The notes under the pieces are model-generated. The model saw nothing but the letters and a program-made list of their open reading frames with translations. It did not search any database and had not been told where the DNA came from. 64,000 nt of DNA from Marsupella aquatica (lineage: Eukaryota > Plantae > Marchantiophyta), in NCBI GenBank assembly GCA_973895155.1, contig OZ316897.1, forward strand, positions 16,441,938 to 16,505,937. The letters run 5' to 3'. This document shows, one piece after another, positions 27,501-40,479 of this stretch. Numbering within the stretch: the stretch's first letter is position 1; each line of letters begins with the position of its first letter. The position numbers and the translations under genes were made by a program.

Positions 27501-27815
27501 CATTAGGATCTTCTGTCTCCGAGACTGTGCAATCAATTTACATTGGGAGGAGTTTCTGTGATAGGGTGAGACTGAGATGATTAGAGAAACAAATGTGGAA
27601 AAGGATATTTGTGGATGGGGAAGAATTCCAACAGAGTTTGCATCCATCCATTCCACCCGAGCAATTCATTAACACTCTCAGGGTCGGCATGACGACTTGA
27701 GTGGTATCCCCAAATCCCCAAAAGATGTACCAAACCTTTACCTACTCGGGGCCTACTCCAGAATGTGAAAACTAATCCGTAAGAATAACACCCAGCTAGA
27801 GAGCCACAACTATGT

Positions 27816-28128
27816 AGCCTGAGAGGCCACTAACCCTGGTAGCTGCCATCTCCTTTGTTCACAATTCACATAGTCACCTCACAAAAGAACTGCAAAATGA
27901 AATGCAATAAACTGTTGGACAAGCCGAAGCCTGCAATCAGCCCTTGTAGCCAAGACTCAGTAACGCGGAGCCTGAGAGACCACTAACCCTGGTTGCTGCC
28001 ATCTCCTTTGTTCACAATTCACATAGTCACCTCACAAAAGAAGAACTGCAAAATGAGATGCAATGAACTGTTGGACAAGCCGAAACCTGCAATCAGCCCT
28101 TGTAGCCAAGACTCAGTAACGCGGAGCC
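27816..28128 (+). repeat. Tandem duplication of about 153 bp
   Basis: AGCCTGAGAG...CACTAACCCTGG...GACTCAGTAACGCGGAGCC twice, few differences. Confidence 0.9.
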
Positions 28129-31100
28129 GCTTGCCCGCTCAAATGATGCCCCCGAGTTGCAAGGCATATGTAGAAATAACTGTTTCACCATTATTGTGGG
28201 TTTCTCGGCTCTCATTTGAATGCACCCAGTTGAATGAAATGCTCTCACTTGAATGCACCCGGTTGAATGCAATCCACTGCTACCTAGAGACTGATGAGGG
28301 CGAGCGAAAAATCCTTAAAGAAATTAGCGAGCGCAGCTGTCTTAGGGGATTGGTGAGTTCAATCTCAATTTAGAGCAAAATCAATATATACAGGCAGGGC
28401 AGAAGCAGAAGTTGACGGAGTTGTAGTGCTTGTGGGCAGAGGGCTACTAAATGGGAGACAGGCAGGAGAAGTAGATCGGCGGTAAACATTTGAAATCCAC
28501 AGTTAAAGTACTCAACAATTTTCACCAGTATCAAAATGACAGGTGAATTTCCTTTCGGTAACTAATGTGCAAACTACACCGAGAATATCTGGTTCGAACC
28601 ATTCCCAAATAGTTAACTATGAAACTTAGTTGTCTCCATAGTTAATTGTAGTCTTTTTGAGTTCCATTTCTAAGGATTATTATGAGAAGACTCACTCGTG
28701 TTAATGTTTTGGATGAGCGCTTGAAAGCAAATACAATGTCTAGTTGCTTACTTACATTTGTGTGTCGACAATGGATGATTGTGTTAGTATGCTTGTGTTG
28801 GTGATTGTTCCTTTCTTTGCTTGGTCATTTTTTATGATCGGATGAAGTTGATAGTTCGCAGATACTGTGATTTGGCATGCCCGGGAATCTTAGTTTGCTA
28901 GACTAGCAACTTGTCACCCTACTTCTTGCTGGCAAGGCCTGATTCTGTTTCATCGGTTGATTGGTTAATACGTCCCCTGCGGGTACTCTGCTTTGGGGAC
29001 CCATCCTCCTCAAGGACGTCATGGGTTCAATCAATTTTTCAGGTAGCCCCACTGGTCTGTTAGCAAAGTACATAGCATACCTCGCAACCTGCTCAATTCC
29101 TAGGGTACTGCTTCTTCTTGCAAAGCATTATGAAGAATAAAGATCGCATTTCCTCGCACAATCTTAATATGATGATAAGAAATATTACAGGCAAACGCAG
29201 AGCTTGTAATAGACTATTACTGTGCAAAGTCCTTGCAAAACTTCCGTGCTACTCTTGGAGGATACAGCTAGAATTGTCTTTCAGCTTTATGAAGAAACTA
29301 CGTGGACAGTGTCCTGACTCCGAGATCCTTATTATGTGTTGTCACAGGTCTGGTTGTAGTTTCTTAGAAGCTGTTTGCAGTTTTGAGGGTAAAAGGAGAA
29401 GACACAGATCGATCTTAATTTTACCTTCAGTTTGGCTACTCTTTAGCTTGTCCCAGTCTACATATATAACACTACCATAATCAATTGGTGTATAGTCACA
29501 ATATATACACGCCTCTCGGATATAGTCACCAGGTTCCATCGCTTCTACTTTGAAAGGGAGAGAATATTAAGACCGCACTCACCTTGATGAAGCCGACTAC
29601 AGCAAAAACTCTTTGGAAACAGTCCCACACAGATTGGTTGTATCATGATCGAATATTAGTAGACAGATAGAGGAAAGTAACGTGATACACTCCAAAACAT
29701 TCAGTCGATCTGGCGCTGTATCAGCTAAATTATCATTACATCACATCGTTCTCAACTCCAAGGTGTAATTGAATCATGCTTTGATCTACTGCAACAGTTA
29801 CATGCAAGAGCCGTGCAACGAATTCTTACTAGACGGACAAAATGGAAACTGAACCTTTTACTAGGAGTCACTGCAAAATTCAATGAAAAGGAGGTATATT
29901 AGTAGAATCTAGGCAGAATAAAAGGTCTGGGATCAGATGTCACTAGAATGGTGGTATCACCACCCCGGTCACCACATACAGAACTAATTAAATCGGAACT
30001 CATGAGGAGAATGAGAGTCTCAATCAGCAGTGTGCCGACGCTTTGTTAAGAAAAGCTTCTAACAAAAAGTGAGCAAGTGAGCTCTTATCAACTTTGCTTC
30101 GAAGCGTTTGTTAGAAGCTGTTGCTAAGAGCTCATTTGCTGACTCTTTGAACGACGATCAAATTCAATCATGTCAACCTTCGAGTTCTAGGTCCAGAGCT
30201 CAAATTCATCTTTGACAACTTTTCTCCACTTTCTGCATCCGGACTCGTGAAGAAGAGTAAGACAGACCAGTGAGTTTTTTAGTCGTAAAAGTTTTGGGGT
30301 TTATTGTGGACCCTATTGCTTCTGCCTAAACGAAGCTCTGCAGATTCTGGTGGCGGAGAAGGAGGCACTTCTTCGACATCTTCGTCAATTGTTTTCACCT
30401 TCACTACAGCAGACTTGCACCGCTTCGTTGACATTTTCGTAAATTGTCTCCAAATTCACTGCAGTAGACTTGGACCCCCGTTGGTAGACCTTAAGCGGAT
30501 TACTGGGTCTCCGTTCTCCTGCTGAAATGGGTGGATACCCTTCTGCATACTTAGGTGTCGAATCTGGACCATCGTTGGTACACCTTGAGTTCATGGTACT
30601 CCCTCAGTGGACTACCTGATTCCACCCCTCCTGCTCGATGTTGGTACACCTTGAGTTCTTGGTACTCCCTCAGTGGACTACCTGATTTCACCCCTCCTCC
30701 TCGATTTGATGAGATCTGAAGATTCTCCTACTGACTACATTCTCGACTACATTTATTAAAGCTTCTGCTGACACAGGTTTCGACTTCTCTGCTTCCACAA
30801 TTGGAGCGAGTGTACATGTTCCTACAGAAGAATCCTTTCGTAGTCCTGATAGACCACACTGTGCAAACTCACGAAGCACCAGAAGTTTCATTTCTGTCTG
30901 AATCTCGCACCACGCATTGAAACGATACTGTCTTATCGGACGCAATTCCCAGGCAGCCTCTAAAGTTGAATTTCCTCACAAACTCTGTGATGCCTTTAAT
31001 CAAAGGGATCTATTCTAGACAGGCGAATGGTTGGAGGATGCACAAGAGGAATGAAGTTCAAATGACGTGCTGATCGCCTGATATACTTGTGAGGGAGAGC

Positions 31101-32153
31101 ACTCACAGCTCGAAACGAGGCTGATGGTGCGCGTCATCAGTCAGGTTCTCATTCATGGACTCTCACCAGGCAGCTCTTGTCATTCATTTGGTTCCTGTGT
31201 CATCCGGCATTGGTTTGAATATTCTGTTGGTGCTGTAGTTCTTCGTGAAGTTCAACCCGAACTGATCCTCGAGGTCACTCATGACTCCATCCATGTCTGG
31301 TGGTTCAATCGGTGTGTGCTTTATGCTTACCGCAAGACCGGTACTGTCATCGGCAAGTCTAGGGATTCGGAATCACTGGTCTGGTCCGTGACTGATGAGG
31401 ACCTGCATTAATTTGAGATCTTGCTGACGCGCGAGCTACGATTACAACCTTAGACACCATAGGGAGATCTGTTGCCGGATCGGCTTTATTATTGGAAATT
31501 GAGATTAAATGACCCACTTAAATAACTGTCCATCAAATTGCGGTTGCACTAGCGTAATTGATGCCGTCATTAGTTCATATCGTTCTCAACCTTTGATGGC
31601 AATCTGAACCTGCAAACTAAGGTGTATGATCTAAGTCATGGCTTCATCATACGCAATAACCACAGGCTCCATTGCAACGAATCTTCAGCAGACTGACTGA
31701 ATGGAAAAGACCACAATACAAGCGTGCTAATATATAATCCTTCGGAATAAGAAAAGTAGGACAATGGAAGACAACAAAGAATCTTAAATCATTCAAATCA
31801 CCCCACACTTGCTCGAGTCCTTGCTTCTGGGATATAATGACCCATGGGGTGCTCAGAGTGAAATTCTAGCTGACATGGAGGTAGAGTCGAGTCAGGAGAT
31901 AGTACTTCCCCTCCACAACCTTCACAATGGGATAGCCCGAGCGTTTGTTCCAACTTCAAGCTGAAGAGATTCCAGTTTTTGAGCAACTTCAACCTATCCC
32001 CATGGTCTGGAGTTCCATTACCAGTACGTAATTATGGAAATGTAATATTCGAGGGGAAGTTTATAGCAGAGACTGAAAATCATGTTCAAATCGTCAGAAT
32101 CACTGATCGTATCGTTGTACTCATAAGCAAGTTATCTTCGGTTCATCGTTTAC

Positions 32154-32184
32154 AAACCTAAACGCTAAACCCTAAACCCTAAAC
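32154..32184 (+). repeat. Short interstitial telomere-like tract (CCCTAAA)n
   Basis: AAACCT AAACGCT AAACCCT AAACCCT AAAC. Confidence 0.75.
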
Positions 32185-32351
32185 ATAACAAGGTTGTTCT
32201 GATCCTGACGAAAAATAAACGAAACTTTCTGACAAAACTGAATCGTGCTAAAGCACAACCAAACGATGTATGCTAACTGCAAATAGCTCCTATCGGCTAC
32301 TGGGCGCCTACTGGCTTATATAATCTTGACAATAAACAGATGCCGAGCAGT

Positions 32352-32840
32352 CTAGACACTAGTGAACTTCGTCACTCCTTTGGTTCCCTCCGAGACTGCG
32401 TGCTTTGCAAGTTCACCAGGCAACAGGAGTTTCACAGCCGTCTGGATCTCGCGGGATGCAATAGTTGGCTTCTTGCTGTATCGAGCCAAGCGTCCGGCCT
32501 CCCCTGCGATCTTCTCGAAAGTGTCGACGAGGAATGAGTTCATGATGCTCATCGCCTTCGCCGAAACACCGAACTCAGGGTGCACCTGCTTCAGCACCTT
32601 GTAAATGTACATCTTGTAAGACTCTTGGCTCTTCTTCACTCTGTGCTTCTTCTTCGATCCCGCTGCATCTGCTACACCGACCTCCTTCAATGCGGGATGC
32701 CTCTTCGCAGCCTTCGGCCTGCCTCGACCCTTCTTCGCTCCCGCAGCGCCTTCAGTCGCTGCGACCTCTACATCCTTGGGTGCCATCTCCTCGGAGCAAG
32801 TAACTGAAGGCGCTGCGACCGCTACATCCTTGGGTGCCAT
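32352..32840 (-). CDS. H2B: Histone H2B variant, copy 2 (162 aa from first ATG; 144 aa from ATG 32786)
   Basis: Complete H2B fold; a 54-bp in-frame duplication repeats the start region MAPKDV. Confidence 0.93.
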   Translation of the reverse strand: MAPKDVAVAAPSVTCSEEMAPKDVEVAATEGAAGAKKGRGRPKAAKRHPALKEVGVADAAGSKKKHRVKKSQESYKMYIYKVLKQVHPEFGVSAKAMSIMNSFLVDTFEKIAGEAGRLARYSKKPTIASREIQTAVKLLLPGELAKHAVSEGTKGVTKFTSV

Positions 32841-33361
32841 CTCCTCGGAGCAAGTAACAATTCCTCCTCTGAATCTCCGCGCAATTCGCCCAAAATATCT
32901 ACGAAGAACTGACACCCACAACGAATTGAACTCAATTCGCCACGAACATCAACGACGAGATACAGGCTCTCAACGATTGAGTCTTGATCGGGCTAAACGC
33001 TAAGAAGATAGGTGAACTGTGAAATCGCAAGGAGCTCGAGAATCCTGAAATGCAATTCCAACACGAGAGAGAGGAGAATGAATCCACAGGAGAGTATCGA
33101 TCGTCTTAAATACAGAGGACGACGAATTCAAAGTCTGAATTCAAACAGAGGGTGGCGCGAATGGAAGTCTCGAGTCGGGTCTCGATGAGCTCTTGGCTAG
33201 TCAGTTTGTGTTTCTTCATCTCTTCGGCGTGTCGAGCAGACATTGGATCGGATCCTCAGGCAGGGATCGAGGTTACCGCAAGCTTGTCGTTATGGTCACG
33301 ATCATGGTCGCCAAGACAGTTAGTGTTCTTCATTTCTTGACGTGTCGAGCAGACATTGGCT

Positions 33362-34782
33362 CTGAGATCGAGAGTAGCGACGGAGCGCATGAGAGCAGAG
33401 GACGGAGCGTATGGAGCCTGCGGGCTATGGAGGATAAGGTCCGAAAACGTGAACACGCAAACGATTATGCTGAGCAAGCGAGTAGACCACGTAGCACCAG
33501 CATCAACTGTGATAGAAGCAGAGTGCAATCTAGAATGTAACCAGCACTCTGATGCCAGCAGAATGTCGAAGCAAATCCCAAGCAAAAGAAGCACTCGACC
33601 ACCTACTGAACAGGAGCTGGCCTATGAACATCAGCAGTGGAACGAAGAAGTTCATAAGGATTGGTATGATCGATCGAGTTCTCTAGAAGAGTAGAGAGAG
33701 TCGGAATTGCTGAGCAGCAACGACGCTTTCCTAGTTCCAACCGAGCAATGGATTCCAACCGAGCAATGGATATTGAAATCGACAAATCAGAAAGGAAAGG
33801 AAATCCTGTGTCTGGACAGCACCAACCAATTGAGAGTGAAGCTGAGCACACAAAGCGACGAAATTTATTCCCAGCCTTCAATCAACTGGAAGAATCACAC
33901 GATAAGGATCAAATGGAACGAGAGCAAAGAAAGAGAGACCTAATCCAGACCTCGACTTCCAGGGAAGAAAATCGTAAGGGGAATCAACCAGATCGTGCCA
34001 GGGGAACTGAATCGACAGCGCAACCAAGGCAACACACAGCTACAACAGCAGGCCCAAGCAGCAAGATACGATTTCCAAAGGCTTGCTCCGGCTTGCTCCT
34101 GCATCAAGAACCGAAGACGGGGACAGTGCCAGTACATCAAGAAAGGAAAGAACTACAGTAGGTAAATCCATTGATTCGTATGCTGCAAAGGCAGCTACTG
34201 GCAAGACATACAATCCAGCAAGAAACATCAACGCCACCTCAACGTTGAGCTCATCCTCAACTGAGGCCATTGCTAATCCGTATGATGGAAACTTTGACTC
34301 ACAGGCGCGCAGGCAATATGAGGATGGAAACTTTGACTCAAAGGCAAGCGATAAAATCTCCGCACGATGATTTAGTTGCTGCGCTCAATCATCTCCCTGC
34401 GCCTCCTGAAAAACCCTCGGCAGGAATGCGCGCAGTGCGCTTCTTCGAAGGGAATACTACGACTATCGAAAGCAGAGTCCTGCATCTCCAGGAGAGGGGT
34501 ATTATAATCTATACTGAACTGATGTTTTTATTCCGTCTAGAGATCATTTTGAAGCTTGGGTAGATGATGTGATTGTGCAGAACATGAACATCAGTGTTGA
34601 GCAAGTAAAAGTTCTTGCTCGCTTCACATTTCGTTAGTCGTTTCCACTCACAAGGAGCAAAATCAGATCCTAGCATAGGTCCCTTTCCACATGGGGAATA
34701 ACCTAGTCATGGCAATGCCATGGGCTGGGGACGCACAGACAATGAGAAGCTCACAAGCTCCAGTGTGGATCGACCTACCAAT
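33362..34782 (+). mobile_element. LINE (L1-like) ORF1 relic, 5' part
   Basis: Begins where homology to unit B stops; ends in DUF4283-like GPFHMGNNLVMAMPW...APVWIDLP; stops and frameshifts present. Confidence 0.75.
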
Positions 34783-35170
34783 AGGGCGTCTCAAACTAGG
34801 CGCCCGGAACTTTACTAGGCGCCCGGAACTTTTTCCCGGACGGCCGTCCCCCAAAATTCCCGGCCAAGACTGTCACCGAAACCCAAGTCCCGGGTGCGCA
34901 GGACCAACGGGGTACTTACTTTGAGAGGGCCCACCGCGGGTGTGCCGGACTAAAAAAACTCGCCCCCGCCCATATCTAGTTCGAAATCGTCACTGATGCT
35001 GCCGTCTTTTACTCTTGTCACCATGAGACTTCCACGCACATTTTGACAAGGAGCCATGAATGTGCAGCCACTTCGTCGAAACATTTGAAAGTCTCAAACT
35101 TCCCCCCCCAGAACTTGACGCAGAATTTTGGGATCCGAGTGAGAGGCTGGCCCCTGTTATATAGGATACC

Positions 35171-36524
35171 ATGGACCCTTGTGAGCATGACTCTGCACAT
35201 GAATTTGGCGAAGCACGGCAATTTGAGATTCAGAATTTGTTTGGACCAACTGACTTCGTGCAGGATTCTCAAGCAGTCGAAGCTATGGTCGTAGGTGGTG
35301 CATCCGGTGGAGCACAAGCTAGATCTGCACCTCGTCCGGCAACAAGCACTCTTGCTGAGAACAGAAAGTTGTCAAGGGATGACTTATCAAAGATAGTCGA
35401 TTGGCTCGAAGATCCTAACAACTATGCCATGCTTCATGGGTCGCGAGCTCGGCTAGCAGTTGGGGAGAAGCATCCCTCGAAGAAAACAGTTTTCAAACTG
35501 ATGCTTGTGCTCCTGCATTCTAACGGATTTGCCAAGTTTGTGACGACAGGAGAGAATCTGGGAAAGAGGTTTAACAGATACACATCCAAGTGGAAGGAGG
35601 CCCTGGCAATGAAAAGTGACTTTGGTGCTGGGCTAACCTTGGCTGAGCTGAGGGTGGGGATTACTTTGGAAGACAAACTCGAGAAGATTTGCCCACATTT
35701 TGAACGGATGAGTAAGCTTTATGGGGAGCGGGCTAATGTGGCACCTCCAGCGTTGGCTCAATGTGGGATACCTGGCCAGCCTGAGCTCATTTGTGATCCA
35801 ACGTCTGATGATGAAGCACAAGATTATGACAATGTTGGGCTGCAACAGGATGAATCTGAATTTCCTGTCGACGATGGAGCACCAACGCAGCAAAAAGACG
35901 TTCCCCACACTGCTTCTGAAGTGAATGGTGGAACTCAAATTAACTCATGCCCAACCCGCAGCGACTGAGCAAAACACTGCTAACACCGGCACACCAGGCA
36001 GTGTCGAAGAGGAGTCGAAATCTAGGCCTATTCCTACTCCACCTGGGAATGGGCAAAGGCGTGTTCCTAATAAGAGGGCTGCCCCGCCTTCAGCGCAGGC
36101 ACAGTCTAGATCATCTATGGCCGACCTTTACCTAGACAATATTGGTGACAAGTCTATGTACAGACGAGAGATGATTCAAACTAAGGACAAGTGGAGAACC
36201 CAAGAATTACTTGATAGGCGAGAGGCTAGAGAAGTAGCAGCAGCTCAGCAAGACAAGAAGGATCGAATACAAAGGAGGCATGAGGAGAAGAGGGCTCGGT
36301 TGGAGCACCAACACAAGGTAGATTTGATCCATCACCAGCAGCACGCAGCGTTGCTTACAGAGCTCTTTAGGGGTAATCGATCTCAGGATGAAATGAAATC
36401 CCTCTTGAATCTTATTCCCCCTATTCCTTCCAATGTCAATGCTGGCCCTCCTCGCAGGGCTCGTCCACCCACTACTACTACGCCACCTTATGACAACCAA
36501 CCAATCAACATTGACGACGAATGA
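35171..36524 (+). CDS. Harbinger-associated Myb/SANT-like DNA-binding protein (two overlapping frames, 35171-35968 and about 35925-36524)
   Basis: IVDWLEDPNNY...KWKEA...GAGLT...LEKICPHFERMSKLYGERANVAP pattern, then an acidic linker and a charged coiled-coil tail; lies inside the TIRs, convergent with the nuclease. Confidence 0.75.
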
Positions 36525-37020
36525 CTATTAGGTTCTTTGAATGATCTATGTGTTTACAATGTAAATTTCAGCCTCGCAGACTATGGAATGTCGGCTGGTT
36601 CTCAAAATAAAGCAATCTTTTTGTTTTGGAGATGAATACTGTCTTTCTGATTCTGAATTGTAGTCATCATATATGGCATTATATATTGCTTGTGCTTTCT
36701 TTGCATGCAATGTGCAATTGGCTCAAGGTCGGTGTTATATCCGGAGGGTCCATCGACAACAGATTCCATCTTGTTTGAAGGTAGACAGAATTTGTTGACG
36801 ACATGGATGGGAACTGTGATCTTGATTGTGATTAGTGCAATTAAGAACCAGAGCCAAGTCTGGACACAAGTAAGTCAATGCCATCAACACATTAACATGA
36901 AAAGGTCATGAATTAATACACAGAAGCCTGAGATTACAAAATTTTGGTCATTACAAAAAGGAGTCTCAAAACTCTCAATACTCTCATTGCATTCGACTTA
37001 GTTGCTAACATGGAGCCTTA

Positions 37021-40000
37021 GGGGATGAGTCCAAGGCCCGAATTCCTTTTTCAAGATTTTCATGATTTTTCCAAAAGTGCTTTAAAAAAACATATAAAAA
37101 TGAAACATGTTTTGTGAACTTTGCTATTATAATTCTTTCAATGAAAATCTTGGGATATTTTCAACATCATTTTCACAATTACCAAAAACAACAAATCCAT
37201 ACTTAATTACAAACATAAAATTTACGGTCTTTGATCTGAGTTTGTGCAAACTCAAAATCTTAAGTAGAATGCCACTATCCATTGTAGGTGTGCATCTAAG
37301 TCCACTAAATCTCTAAATACAATGCAACTCAACTAATCTAAGGCTTCTCTAACCTCCTCTCCACTTCTAGAAGATCCTTGCTTCAATCCGAGCTAGCTCA
37401 ATAGTTACATCTTCTGTTGCACCCTCTACTCTGGTGCGCTTCACGTCCTCCTCACTCTCTTGATCCATACCAATATTGAAATGTACATCGAGTTTGATTT
37501 GGGCAGCCACCTGGCTTCATGAAATCATGAAGCCGGGTTCTCACCTGAAAGAAGCTACCTGATCCTCCTAGCTCCCTCCAGTTAGTTCCCCCAAGCTCGA
37601 TAGTTCTCTTTGCTTCTGCTCCCAATCCACCCACCTTGGACTCATTTTTGACCCAGACCAGGCCTGGTCAACCCTTAATCCTCCCTAGATCAATCTTGAT
37701 TCCCGATCGGCCCTCCCCCGGTCCCTGATTAGTGAAACCCTTCCCCAATCCTAAACCCTCCCCCCCGATCTTTTACCGCTCCCCCTCCAATGTTTGATCA
37801 TCCCCTTGATGCTCGACTGCCCTCCTCCGGTGCTCCATCCCCCTCTGATGGTTGATCGTTCCCCTGACGGTCGATTGTCCACCCTCCTCCAATCCCTAAA
37901 TGGCCCCCCTTCCAATCCCCTTCCAATCCTTATCAATCCCATTCCAATCTCCCTTGCTCCCTCTCCCATCCTCCACTCGCTCCCCCTTCAATCCTTAGGT
38001 CTGCTCGATTGAGATCTAGCTTTCAAGCTCAATTTTTCACAAATTATCCCTGATCCTTTGTGGCTATCTCCCCTAATTGGAATCTGACTCATTTAAACAG
38101 AGTCTACCACAGCTAATTCAAGTAGCAGTCAATCACAGTAGAAGCTCATTCAATAACCAAATCTGAGAAATCAAAGTCCAACACTCAGGTGAAATCCAGC
38201 AATCAAAGCATCAACATCAAACCAGGAATTCAAAATTTCAGCTTCAGGATTTTGAAGGCGACAGCAGAGATTAGTAGTCGTTCCCAGACCATAAATTAGG
38301 CCTGACCTCAATCGGCAGCTGATGACAGCACCTTGATGCAACTTGAGCTTAAGTGAGGGGCAATAGCCCTCTCCAGGCTGCAGCCTCCTTTGCCATAGCC
38401 AATTGGCTACCCTAGCCCTTTGTAGGTCATTGAGCTTGCAACACAGTCTTTGCCCTTTGTATTTTGTCACAACCAGTTTTTGGGCTTCATGAATTCATGA
38501 AGCTTTTGGTTTCTCAGTTTCCCAGGTGGTAGCCCCTTCATGAATTCATGAAAGAGAATAAGGTATCTTAGGGAGAGAATCTCCAGAATAGCCAAAAGAA
38601 AGACTTCAAGAGTGAAAGAAAAGGGGATAAAGACAAACCACTCAATCTCAAGAAATGCAAAAAATATGGTGAAATAAAAGCAAAAAGTGCTCCTAATGCC
38701 AATATTCCAAAAAGCATATGGAAACAGTAGGTCAACAACAAATTCTCCAATCATGAGTCATGGAAGTACGTATCTTGGTGGGCAAAAACATATGGGTTTT
38801 TAATGCCAATGTTTATCCTCATGAAAACGTGGGAATGCAAACCTAAAAATGATTTATTTCTCCAAGTAAACTGGATTGCGTAGTCCAAACAATATTGTGA
38901 GATTAATAATTGAGCAATCTAGTAAAGGGAGGTATGGGGAAGGGAAAAGGCCCAAAGAAGCCCTAAGTTGCCCAACAAGCCAAAAAGTCAAAGGACTAAG
39001 ATACCACCTAGTAGCCAAGAAGACTAATTAATAAAGTGTTGTGTCATAAAAAAAATTTGGAAATATAATTTTTTCAACTTTTTCCTTGACTTGTTCGTCT
39101 ATGTCATGAAAGGATTGGCTTAATTATTGAAAAACAATTTAAGCATTTCTTATTCATTTAAATTAGAGAAAGGACCAATTAAGTTCAAATAGGCGTCCTC
39201 TATTCATGAAAACATGTTATTTCATTTGTTTCAAGTTAAAGGGTTTTTGCTCTTTTGTGTGTTTTGTCTACATTAAGTTCTTCTCACTCATTTGAGAGCA
39301 TTAGCCTCCCCGGGCGTTAAGTTCTATCCCATGTGGTTGAGACTAGTGTTAATTTGGGTGTCCGACTCAAGGGTCTTCAAGATAGTGGACAGTTGAGAAA
39401 GCGGACTCATGAATTCATGAAGACCGATTGTAACAAGTTTCTAAAAACACTAAGTCCTGTCTCAAAACCAGATTGTTGTGCATTTTGGAAAGGTCAAGCG
39501 TTGCAACAAGCACCAAGGGGAGAGAGTGAATATGGTCGTCTGACATCTCTCAAATTCCAGGAAGGTGTAAGAGCGCTGACACAAGCGGGGACACAAGAAG
39601 ACCTACTGAGGCTGCAAATAATTCCGGCAAGGAAAGGATCATCACAAGAAGGTCACCCGGGCACACTTGCATCATTTGGCTGAGATTGGAAGCCAATCAA
39701 TATCAAGAAATTAACTTGAAGGGGAAGAATAAGAATTTGGAAGAGGTCCCCAAGAAGAGGTTGGGGGAGCCCAGTTGGGTCAATATGTTTGTGAAATTCA
39801 GATGTTGCCTAACAAATCAAACTCAGGCATGTTGAGAGCCAGGTTGAGAGTAAAAGAGGAGCCATTGAGTGATCTGATTTGGATCAGAACGGGTACATCT
39901 GGAAGCGTAGGTGGTGAATTTGTGGAGATATCATCTTCCATTGAAAAGTCTTCCTCAAAGAGTGAAGGGGCGCATGTTGGAGAGTCAAAAAGAGATCATA

Positions 40001-40316
40001 TTTTATGAATTTGAATTTTTCCCAAGTCTAATGAATTATGGAGGTAATTTGATTGTTTGTTAAAAATACAAATCATGTTTTGGTAAAAATTGCTAAAATG
40101 GCATAGTAAAATTATAGGTAGTAATTTTATCAAAAGTAAGTTGAGATCATTTTGTAATTAGGAGATGGTGAAAAAAGTGTGTCATTTTCATACTTTCAGT
40201 TTGTTTTATAATTTTGTCAAAAAACAGGTAGTATTTTTGGCCACTTTTTTGCCATTTTCTTTGTTTCTGCAATTTTTTTACGAGAGTGCTTAGAGTTTGG
40301 GCTTGTTACTCACCCT
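37021..40316. mobile_element. Probable nested non-coding ~3.3-kb insertion inside the Harbinger
   Basis: Imperfect inverted ends CTTAGGGGATGAGTCCAAGGCCC / GGGCTTGTTACTCACCCTTTAAG with TTAG/TTAA flanks; AT-rich subtermini; four TCATGAA(T/A)TCATGA palindromes. Confidence 0.45.
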
Positions 40317-40479
40317 TTAAGGCTTCTTGTTTGCTTCTGAACTACTGCTACAACAATTGAATGGTGATACATAATTCTATGCAACCCAAACTGAATATTT
40401 ATCCTTCTTGTTCGCTTGATGGACTCTGATACTGAACTCTCGTATATACTCCAACATTTCGAAGGCTTTCTAATACCAG

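Larger units (their letters stand above)
30180..33361 (-). repeat. Segmental duplication unit A (H2B copy 2 with flanks)
   Basis: Colinear with 46793-49223 apart from indels; homology ends after CAGACATTGGCT; older homolog at about 18030-20410. Confidence 0.9.

Noticed and set aside
35921-35961. Intron joining the two Myb-like frames
   Set aside because: Candidate GT-AG introns are 34-41 nt (too short) or out of phase; left unresolved.
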